Virus record (IMG/VR): IMGVR_UViG_3300035681_000021
Span: 2,412 to 66,411 of that record
Origin: a virus
Direction: 5' to 3' (one strand)
Length of the DNA stretch: 64,000 nt
Positions 56,836-64,000 of the stretch are shown here, one piece after another; within the stretch, counting starts at the first letter, position 1; each line of letters begins with the position of its first letter. The notes beneath the pieces are model-generated. The model was not told the DNA's origin, did not search any database, and was given only the letters and a program-made list of their open reading frames with translations. The translations under genes were made by a program, and so were the position numbers.

Positions 56836-57198
56836 ATGGCGCACTTTGCAAAAATTGGATTAAACAACATAGTCACAGAAGTTTTGGTTGTTGCCAATCG
56901 GGAAACAATGGATGCCCAAGGCGTTGAACATGAATCTATTGGCGTTGAGTTTTTAAAAAACCTGACAGGCCATGAAACGTGGATTCAAACAAGTTACAAC
57001 GGCAACATTCGTAAGAACTACGCTGGTGTAGGGTACACCTACGACAGTCAGCGTGATGCGTTTATCCCGCCACAACCATACCCAAGCTGGACGCTGGTAG
57101 AAGAAACTTGCAATTGGACTGCCCCTGTTTTTTACCCCGCAGATGGGAAAATGTACAAATGGGATGAAGCCACAACAAACTGGATTGAGGTAACGTAA
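56836..57198 (+). CDS. Fibre-associated (chaperone-like) protein
   Basis: MAHFAKI...WIQTSYN...RKNYAG...DAFIPPQPYPSW. Confidence 0.7.
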   Translation: MAHFAKIGLNNIVTEVLVVANRETMDAQGVEHESIGVEFLKNLTGHETWIQTSYNGNIRKNYAGVGYTYDSQRDAFIPPQPYPSWTLVEETCNWTAPVFYPADGKMYKWDEATTNWIEVT

Positions 57199-57626
57199 TG
57201 GCAGTCAGCACAATCAGTCAGGCAGGTTTAAACGCTCCGTTAACTTTAACCAGTCCAACGCTGACAACACCAAACATTGATTCTGCTCAGATTCCTACTG
57301 TGTCAGGCACTGCACCTTTGTATATGTGTAGGGCTTGGGTGAACTTCAATGGCACAGGTACTCCAGCAATTCGGGCAAGTGGAAATGTAACAAGCATTAC
57401 TGATAATGGTGTTGGTGACTACACGGTAAATTTCACGACTGCAATGACTGATGCAAATTACTCAATGCCATCTAGTTCTGCAAATACAGGCCCAACAATG
57501 AGTATTGCCTCACCACAATTAGCGGCTACACCATTTACAACTACGACCGCAAGAATAGAAACAAGAAACACAACCTCTGGCGGTTTATTGGATTGTCAAT
57601 TTGTTTGCCTCGGATTTTTCAGATAA
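57198..57626 (+). CDS. Short fibre/adhesin domain protein (family A, copy 1)
   Basis: CRAWVNFNGTG...NVTSITDNG. Confidence 0.7.
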   Translation: MAVSTISQAGLNAPLTLTSPTLTTPNIDSAQIPTVSGTAPLYMCRAWVNFNGTGTPAIRASGNVTSITDNGVGDYTVNFTTAMTDANYSMPSSSANTGPTMSIASPQLAATPFTTTTARIETRNTTSGGLLDCQFVCLGFFR

Positions 57627-57635
57627 GGAGAAACC

Positions 57636-57824
57636 ATGAACCAAAGAATCATTTACCCAACTGGCGATGGTGTAGCCATCATTGTTCCAGCCGCTGAATG
57701 CGGTTTAACCATTGAGGAAATTGCCGCCAAGGATGTTCCTGCTGGCAAGCCTTACAAGATTGTGGATGTCGCTGACATTCCATCAGACCGCACATTCAGA
57801 TCAGCATGGGAGTACACAGCATGA
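57636..57824 (+). CDS. Fibre assembly-like small protein
   Basis: IAAKDVP...PSDRTFRSAWE. Confidence 0.65.
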   Translation: MNQRIIYPTGDGVAIIVPAAECGLTIEEIAAKDVPAGKPYKIVDVADIPSDRTFRSAWEYTA

Positions 57825-58048
57825 TTACCATCAACATTAACAAAGCCAAAGCCATTGCTCACGACATTCGACGTGCGGCTCGGTCAGTAGAGTTCCAACC
57901 CTACGACGAGGCTATTGCCAAGCAGATTCCCGGACAGGCGGAAGGCGCAGAAGCGGCAAGAGCAACAATCAGAGCCAAGTACGCCACCATGCAGACAGCA
58001 ATTGATGCAGCCTCAACAGTAGACGAAATCAAAGCAGCCATGCCATGA
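57821..58048 (+). CDS. Fibre assembly-like small protein
   Basis: KAKAIAHDIRRAAR; ATGA-coupled. Confidence 0.65.
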   Translation: MITININKAKAIAHDIRRAARSVEFQPYDEAIAKQIPGQAEGAEAARATIRAKYATMQTAIDAASTVDEIKAAMP

Positions 58049-59097
58049 GCTACATCGGTAACACCCCAATCTCGGTAGCCTTCCTGACTGACACGTTCAG
58101 CGGGAATGGCTCGACCACAGCTTTCACAATGACGGTCGCTCCGGCAAACACGTCGTCTATTCTTGTGGCTGTGACTGGGGTGGTGCAAGACCCATCGACA
58201 TACTCTGTGTCTGGGACAACGCTGACATTCTCAGGCGCTCCGCCGAGCGGGACAAGCAACATCTCTGTTCGTTACCTTGGCATCCCAGCCTCTGGTGTGA
58301 CCACAACCGCATACAGGACAGTCACAGATACCACAGCCACAGCAAGTCAGACCAGCTTCACCATACCAAGCTACACCGTTGGCTACGTGGATGTTTTCAG
58401 GAACGGTGTTCGTCTCGCGGCGGCTGACTTCACAGCAACAACAGGAACGACAGTTGTCTTGGCTACGGCTTGTACGGCAGGTGACACAGTCACCACAGTG
58501 AGCTTCTATGTCTCCAGTGTGCTGAATGCAATTCCTGCAACAGCGGGGAGTGTGTCCGATAGCTATATTGTGGATGTTTCGGCTTCAAAGCTGACCGGGT
58601 CAAGAACAATCCCCAAGGGTACGATGCCAGCAGGGACTGTGTTGCAAGTTGTAAGCACAACTCTAACATCAACACAATCAACAACATCAGGAACACCCAC
58701 TGATATAACTAATTTTTCAGCAACAATAACGCCATCTTCTGCATCAAATAAAGTTTTGGTATTTGTAACAACTCAATTTGGTGGCCCTGCAAATGGGTAT
58801 GGATATTTTTTATTGCTTAGAGGCTCTACAAGCATTGGGCTTGGGACAAGTGCAACTGGTTCGCAAGTAAATGTATTTCTGTCTTCTGGTTATATTGATG
58901 GGGTTGCGGCATTTAGAGCCGCCTCTAATTCTTATTTAGACTCTCCAGCAACTACTTCTGCAACCACTTATAAAATACAATTTGCTTCTGCAAATCCTTC
59001 AAATGCTTTTTATATCAATAGACAAGCATCTACTGATAATGGGGCGTATATTAACTTTCCAACTAGCTCTATAACTTTGATGGAGATTGCGGCATGA
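58045..59097 (+). CDS. Tail fibre protein
   Basis: YIGNT...FSGNG module; GTVLQVV...DSPATTSATTYK...ITLMEIAA. Confidence 0.75.
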   Translation: MSYIGNTPISVAFLTDTFSGNGSTTAFTMTVAPANTSSILVAVTGVVQDPSTYSVSGTTLTFSGAPPSGTSNISVRYLGIPASGVTTTAYRTVTDTTATASQTSFTIPSYTVGYVDVFRNGVRLAAADFTATTGTTVVLATACTAGDTVTTVSFYVSSVLNAIPATAGSVSDSYIVDVSASKLTGSRTIPKGTMPAGTVLQVVSTTLTSTQSTTSGTPTDITNFSATITPSSASNKVLVFVTTQFGGPANGYGYFLLLRGSTSIGLGTSATGSQVNVFLSSGYIDGVAAFRAASNSYLDSPATTSATTYKIQFASANPSNAFYINRQASTDNGAYINFPTSSITLMEIAA

Positions 59098-59369
59098 ACC
59101 ACGAAGCAATTTATGCACTTTATCCTAAAGTTGTTACTGTTAGTGATGTTGCTGGTTCGTTTGATGCCCAAGGCAATAAAGTTGAAATTGACATTGATGC
59201 AGTCAATGCTTGGGTTGACCCAAACGCATATAAATCCAAAAGAGCATCAGAATACCCACCAATCACAGACTACCTTGATGGTGTAGTCAAAGGCGATCAG
59301 ACGCAGATTGACAAGTACATTGCTGATTGCTTGGCAGTCAAAGCTAAATATCCCAAGGTGACAACATGA
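59094..59369 (+). CDS. Fibre chaperone-like protein
   Basis: KRASEYP...AVKAKYPK. Confidence 0.65.
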   Translation: MNHEAIYALYPKVVTVSDVAGSFDAQGNKVEIDIDAVNAWVDPNAYKSKRASEYPPITDYLDGVVKGDQTQIDKYIADCLAVKAKYPKVTT

Positions 59370-59743
59370 CACAAGCCGCAGTATTAGCATCCAATGCCAG
59401 CTTGATGACAACACCGTTAGGTACAGCGCCAAACTACATGTGTCGTGCGTGGGTTAACTTCAACGGCACAGGTACTGTGGCAATCAAGGCAAGCGGCAAC
59501 GTAACCAGCATTACAGATAATGGTACGGGTAGCTATGCGGTTAATCTCACTACAGCAATGCCTGATGTTAATTATGCTTGCGTAATGGCGACTAAAGGTT
59601 CTGGCGGGGCTGGAACTCCATTTTTGCCTTTGGAACATGCAAGTTTATCGGCAAGAACAACAAGCAGTATTGCGTTTTATGTAATTGCATTAAATGGTGC
59701 AACACCAGATGCAGACACTGTTGAAGTTGCATTTTTCAGATAA
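59366..59743 (+). CDS. Short fibre/adhesin domain protein (family A, copy 2)
   Basis: CRAWVNFNGTG...NVTSITDNG. Confidence 0.7.
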   Translation: MTQAAVLASNASLMTTPLGTAPNYMCRAWVNFNGTGTVAIKASGNVTSITDNGTGSYAVNLTTAMPDVNYACVMATKGSGGAGTPFLPLEHASLSARTTSSIAFYVIALNGATPDADTVEVAFFR

Positions 59744-59752
59744 GGACAGACA

Positions 59753-59962
59753 ATGGCATTAACTAAAGTAGCTTCTTCGATGGTGGGTGACGGCAGTGGA
59801 CAAGCGTTCAACCCGTCCGTGCCGATCTACGAAAACACCAAGGTGGTGACTGTCAGCTACACCATCACAACCGGCGCATGTGCCATGTCTGTCGGGCCGA
59901 TCACATTGAATGCCGGTGTCACAGTAACCATTCCAGCGGGATCACGCTGGGTTGTTCTTTAA
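59753..59962 (+). CDS. Small fibre-module protein
   Basis: AMSVGPIT...VTIPAGSRWVVL. Confidence 0.65.
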   Translation: MALTKVASSMVGDGSGQAFNPSVPIYENTKVVTVSYTITTGACAMSVGPITLNAGVTVTIPAGSRWVVL

Positions 59963-59971
59963 GGATCGAAC

Positions 59972-60394
59972 ATGTCATCACTTGCCATCGCAGGAGATTC
60001 TTCAGGACAAATCACACTTGCCGCCCCTGCTGTTGCTGGTACTACTACGCTGACTTTGCCAGCTACTACAGGTACTGTGCTGAATGATGCAACTGTTGGG
60101 GTTTGTCGTGCTTGGGTCAATTTCAATGGTACTGGCACTGTTGCCATTCGTGCATCATTTAATGTGACCTCAATTACCGATAACGGTGTTGGTCTCTATA
60201 CAGTTAATTTTACAACTGCAATGTCTGATGTGAATTATGCGGCTATTGGAACTTGTAACTTTGAGGTGGATGTTGGTATTCCGTTTAATACAAGAACACT
60301 TGCAGTGGGTTCTGCTGGCGTAGAAACATACAGACCGTCTCCATACAACACGCCTGTTGATGTAAGCACCGTCAGCTTTGCTGTTTTCAGATAA
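59972..60394 (+). CDS. Short fibre/adhesin domain protein (family A, copy 3)
   Basis: GDSSGQITL...CRAWVNFNGTG. Confidence 0.7.
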   Translation: MSSLAIAGDSSGQITLAAPAVAGTTTLTLPATTGTVLNDATVGVCRAWVNFNGTGTVAIRASFNVTSITDNGVGLYTVNFTTAMSDVNYAAIGTCNFEVDVGIPFNTRTLAVGSAGVETYRPSPYNTPVDVSTVSFAVFR

Positions 60395-60402
60395 GGATAA
60401 TC

Positions 60403-60996
60403 ATGTCAGCAATTGTTTTAACCTCTGAGACGCTAATCGGTACACCAGCCACAGGGAATATTGAATACAACGGTCAATTCTTTGGGACTGACAGCAATGC
60501 GTCTAGGGCGCAGTTGCAGAGGATTACATCAGGAACTGCTGTTGCGTCAACCAGTGGGACAAGCATTGATTTCACTGGTTTGCCAGCGTGGGTGAAGCGG
60601 ATTACTGTGATGTTTAGTGCGGTATCTACAAATGGTACGAGTGGTATATTAATTCAATTAGGTGTTAGTGGCACACCAGAAACAACTGGCTACAACGGTT
60701 TTTCTGGAATGATATTTAATACAGCTAATACCACTAGAGGTATATCCTCAACCACAGGATTTCCTTTGTATATGCAAGCTGCTACATCAATTCATGGTGG
60801 GGCAATTGCTATAACTGCAATGGGGTCAAACATTTGGACTGCTCAAGGCGCAACATCTAATACTGATTCAAGTGCAGGTGCTTTTAGTGCTGGTGCAAAA
60901 ACACTTGCTGGGACTTTAAATATGCTACGCATCACCACCGTCAACGGCACAGACACTTTCGATGCTGGTTCAATCAACATCATGTACGAGGGTTAA
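60403..60996 (+). CDS. Fibre/adhesin domain protein (family B, copy 1)
   Basis: STSGTSIDFT...WVKRI...TFDAGSINIMYEG. Confidence 0.7.
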   Translation: MSAIVLTSETLIGTPATGNIEYNGQFFGTDSNASRAQLQRITSGTAVASTSGTSIDFTGLPAWVKRITVMFSAVSTNGTSGILIQLGVSGTPETTGYNGFSGMIFNTANTTRGISSTTGFPLYMQAATSIHGGAIAITAMGSNIWTAQGATSNTDSSAGAFSAGAKTLAGTLNMLRITTVNGTDTFDAGSINIMYEG

Positions 60997-60998
60997 TC

Positions 60999-61517
60999 AT
61001 GGCAACAGTAATCGATGGTTCAGCAAGCGTCACGATCAACTCAGGTGCGGTACTGGGGATTACCTCTGGCACTGCTGTTGCCAGCACATCAGGTACAAGC
61101 ATTGACTTCACTTCTATCCCATCATGGGTGAAGCGGATTGTAGTTTTAGGTTCTGATGTATCAACAAACGGGACAACTTCACTTCTTTTGCAAATTGGAG
61201 ACGGTTCTGTTAACACATCTGGATATGTAGGCGGTAACTTTGGTAACACAAACCAAGCAACAACAAGTACTGCTGGTGCAGTTTTAATGCAGACTACAAA
61301 CACAGCAACTAACAGTTATGCGTTCGCAGCTACATTTACATTACAGACAGCAAATAAATGGTTAATTTCAGGAACAAACGCTAGAAACGATGGAGCTGTT
61401 TGGTATGTTTCATCATATAAATCATTAACAGGAACTCTCGACAGAGTACGAATCACAACCGTTAACGGCACTGACACCTTTGACGCTGGTTCAATCAACA
61501 TCATGTATGAAGGATAA
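60999..61517 (+). CDS. Fibre/adhesin domain protein (family B, copy 2)
   Basis: STSGTSIDFT...WVKRI...TFDAGSINIMYEG. Confidence 0.7.
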   Translation: MATVIDGSASVTINSGAVLGITSGTAVASTSGTSIDFTSIPSWVKRIVVLGSDVSTNGTTSLLLQIGDGSVNTSGYVGGNFGNTNQATTSTAGAVLMQTTNTATNSYAFAATFTLQTANKWLISGTNARNDGAVWYVSSYKSLTGTLDRVRITTVNGTDTFDAGSINIMYEG

Positions 61518-61520
61518 AAA

Positions 61521-61697
61521 ATGACACACAGAATCGTAGTAAATGTAGAAACAGGCGTGACCACACAAGTTGAGTACACACCTGAAGAACAAGCAATCCA
61601 TGATGCGGCAGTAGCGGCACAAGCAGAGGCGCAGGCTTTGGCAGAGGCGCAAACCCAACAGATACCGGATAATCCCCCACAAGGAGAAACACCATGA
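61521..61697 (+). CDS. 58-aa fibre-associated protein (not in ORF track)
   Basis: MTHRIVVNVETG...TPEEQA; AAGGA RBS; ATGA-coupled to the next gene. Confidence 0.6.
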   Translation: MTHRIVVNVETGVTTQVEYTPEEQAIHDAAVAAQAEAQALAEAQTQQIPDNPPQGETP

Positions 61698-62884
61698 GCA
61701 GTTCATATTCCTCAAGCCTGCGTATCGAGTTGATTGGCTCTGGCGATCAAGCCGGTGCGTGGGGCGCTACAACCGACAGCAACCTTGCCTACGTTTTGGA
61801 CACAGCCATCGCGGGGTATCAGGCCGTCACGGTGTCCTCGACCGCCCAAGCCCTGACCTATGTAAACGGGCCATCGTCTACAGCCAACCTGAACCAGTCT
61901 GTATACGCTATGCTGAAGTTCAACAGCGCGGCAGCAGCCTCAGCCATCTACGCCCCGCCAGTGTCTAAACAGTACATCATCTGGAACAACTCTGGCTACA
62001 CCATCACCATCTACAACTCTACGGTCATCGGCAACACAACCGCCGCCGGTACGGGAGTGGCAATTCCCAACGGCAGTAAGATCATGGTCTGGTCTGACGC
62101 AACAAACTTCTACGACGTAGAAGCGGCAAACTTAACAGGAACTTTGCCGATTGCTAAAGGCGGCACAGGGCAGACCACAGCCAACGCAGCGTTCAACGCT
62201 TTGGCTCCAGCGCAGACAGCCAACCGACTGCTTAAATCAGACGGCACAAACACATCATTTGCTCAAGCTGTACTGACCACTGACGTAACTGGGACTCTAC
62301 CAATTGCAAATGGCGGCACAGGGCAAACAACACAACAAGCGGCTTTAAACGCACTTGCTGGAACACAGACAGCCAATAGAGTGCTTCGCTCCGATGGAAC
62401 CGATACTACTTTGTCACAAGTTGCGCTTGCAACAGATGTGTCAGGCACTTTGCCGGTGGCTAATGGTGGCACAGGAGCAGTTACTTTTACGTCGGGCGCG
62501 ATATTAAAAGGTAATGGAACATCTGCGGTATCTGCGGCTTCTGCTTCAGATATTGTGGCCGCAATCAGCACGACGGCTGTAGCTTTATCTACCAACTCAA
62601 CAAACGCAATTGGCTATAACCAAACTTGGCAGAATGTACTAAGCTCTCGAGGTAACGGAACTACATATACAAACAGCACTGGTAAACCAATAATGGTTGC
62701 TGTTGCGGCATCACCAACCAGTAATAACCAATCTATATCAGCTACTGTTGGCGGTGTTTCACTTGGGGCTATTACGCTTACTGCGGGTTATAGCAGTGGA
62801 GCGTTCCAATTTATTGTTCCAACGGGAACAACTTATGTTGTTTCAACCAACGGTTCTTTAAATACTTGGGCTGAACTGAGGTAA
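61694..62884 (+). CDS. Tail fibre protein with GTLP(I/V)AxGGTG repeats
   Basis: SSLRIELIG...WG N-terminal anchor; two 51-aa repeats plus a partial copy; YTNSTGKPIMV...WAELR tip. Confidence 0.75.
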   Translation: MSSSYSSSLRIELIGSGDQAGAWGATTDSNLAYVLDTAIAGYQAVTVSSTAQALTYVNGPSSTANLNQSVYAMLKFNSAAAASAIYAPPVSKQYIIWNNSGYTITIYNSTVIGNTTAAGTGVAIPNGSKIMVWSDATNFYDVEAANLTGTLPIAKGGTGQTTANAAFNALAPAQTANRLLKSDGTNTSFAQAVLTTDVTGTLPIANGGTGQTTQQAALNALAGTQTANRVLRSDGTDTTLSQVALATDVSGTLPVANGGTGAVTFTSGAILKGNGTSAVSAASASDIVAAISTTAVALSTNSTNAIGYNQTWQNVLSSRGNGTTYTNSTGKPIMVAVAASPTSNNQSISATVGGVSLGAITLTAGYSSGAFQFIVPTGTTYVVSTNGSLNTWAELR

Positions 62885-62887
62885 AAA

Positions 62888-63583
62888 ATTGATCCGATCA
62901 GCCTCCTCTTTGCCGCCAATGCTTGCGTCGCAGCCATCAAGGAAGGTTGTGAGCTATACAAGCAGGCGAAGACTTCTTTCATGGAGGTCAAAAGCACTGT
63001 TGACGAGGCTGTTGGCGTTTATAGGGAAGTTACTGGATTTTGGAGTAACTTTAGTAACTTCTTTAAACCCAAGGCAAAACAGTCAACGCCCAAGCCTGTG
63101 GCGAAAAAGAAAGACAAGTTCGTTGCCGTTGACGAAACCGAAGTCATGGTTGGGGTTGTCAAGCAGCTTACCGAGTTCTTCAAGATTCAAGAGCAGTTAG
63201 CTGCACACATTCGGGAAGAGGAGGAGAAGTCCAGAAACGTCTACGAACCTGACCAAAATCAAATGGAAGCCGCATTGAAGCGGGTCATGGCGCAGGATCA
63301 GATGGCGGAGTTGGAGAAGACAATAAGGGAAACGATGGTGTATCAAAGCCCTCCCGAAATGGGTGCGCTGTACAGCAAAGTGTTTGAGATGCGGGATGTC
63401 ATAGCCGCTGAACAAGAAGCTGCCAGACTTGCACAGGAACAACGGGAACGAAGATTGAGATGGCAACGACACCAAAGGGAAAGAAGCCAAAACCTGCGAG
63501 CGGGAGCAGCCGTCCTAGCCCTTATTCTTATCCTGTACCTGTGGACGTGGTTCCTGTGGTTGAAACAACTGAGGAGCTTGTGA
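62888..63583 (+). CDS. Coiled-coil protein with C-terminal membrane anchor (probable ATT start; first ATG at 62981)
   Basis: In-frame extension DPISLLFAANACVAAIKEGCELYK; GAGGT 5 nt upstream of ATT. Confidence 0.6.
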   Translation: MDPISLLFAANACVAAIKEGCELYKQAKTSFMEVKSTVDEAVGVYREVTGFWSNFSNFFKPKAKQSTPKPVAKKKDKFVAVDETEVMVGVVKQLTEFFKIQEQLAAHIREEEEKSRNVYEPDQNQMEAALKRVMAQDQMAELEKTIRETMVYQSPPEMGALYSKVFEMRDVIAAEQEAARLAQEQRERRLRWQRHQRERSQNLRAGAAVLALILILYLWTWFLWLKQLRSL

Positions 63584-63801
63584 TGGGAATGGTGGGCTGG
63601 GTGGTAGCGGTTTTGTTGGTAGCCCTCATGTTGCCGTTGTTGGCGTTCATGTATCTGGACATACTGGAGACAAGGAACGATGCCAAACAGCAGTTGGAGA
63701 AGGTGGAGAAGTTGAGACGAGAAATTGAGAAGAAGAATCGGGACAGTCCAAAAGAGTTTGAGGACAACCCCATTTTTGACCGGAGGAAAAAACATGAGTA
63801 A
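63583..63801 (+). CDS. Small membrane protein (lysis module candidate)
   Basis: N-terminal TM helix then coiled coil; TGATG-coupled. Confidence 0.6.
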   Translation: MGMVGWVVAVLLVALMLPLLAFMYLDILETRNDAKQQLEKVEKLRREIEKKNRDSPKEFEDNPIFDRRKKHE

Positions 63802-64000
63802 GCAACTTGAAAAAGACTCAACCTACAACGAATTTGACACTGACCACGACGGCGTGGTGACGGACACGGAGTTAGCTCGCTCTGAGCGCATGATGCAAAT
63901 CGAAAACATGGACAAGATGGCCGACCAGCAGAGGATCATGGCTTGGGCAGCTTTGGTTGCACCGCCTGTACTCATTGCTTACTTGGCGTCCGAGTTGGTT
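63794..64000 (+). CDS. EF-hand-like membrane protein, 3'-truncated (holin-like)
   Basis: GGAGG RBS; DTDHDGVVTDTE loop followed by a hydrophobic segment. Confidence 0.55.
   Translation, partial: MSKQLEKDSTYNEFDTDHDGVVTDTELARSERMMQIENMDKMADQQRIMAWAALVAPPVLIAYLASELV

Noticed and set aside
57198-61517. Diversity-generating retroelement in the fibre cluster
   Set aside because: No reverse transcriptase; paralog differences are synonymous and at all bases, not adenine-specific
62889-63200. 103-aa TTG ORF
   Set aside because: Low-complexity off-frame translation; the frame starting at ATT 62888 gives a coherent protein
1-64000. Prophage boundaries, integrase or host genes
   Set aside because: None seen; the whole window is phage-like, so host and lifestyle cannot be determined from it

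Overview
The window is most of a tailed dsDNA phage genome (podovirus-like layout; no tape measure, sheath, integrase or RNA polymerase seen). It has two opposed arms. A rightward late arm runs from 39308 to the end of the window and continues in 1-15808: terminase, portal, GroES-like co-chaperonin, scaffold, Mu gpT-like major capsid, small basic proteins, adaptors, about 20 paralogous tail-fibre/adhesin genes, ejection proteins and a 3118-aa polyvalent protein. A leftward early/middle arm runs from 38830 to 15729: small early genes, a MoxR-AAA/vWA module, VRR-NUC, family A DNA polymerase, exonuclease, SNF2 helicase, SSB and primase-helicase. The most interesting signals are non-coding. (1) A candidate ~85-nt three-hairpin sRNA at the divergence point has an exposed anti-Shine-Dalgarno segment complementary to a GGAGA(A)GCA motif shared by many leftward-gene ribosome-binding sites. 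(2) A ~155-nt multi-pseudoknot RNA ending in ACCA lies ahead of the replication genes. (3) Five copies of a 27-bp palindrome sit in the early region. (4) A second 16-bp operator-like palindrome occurs three times. All product calls come from motif recognition by eye; no searches were run.
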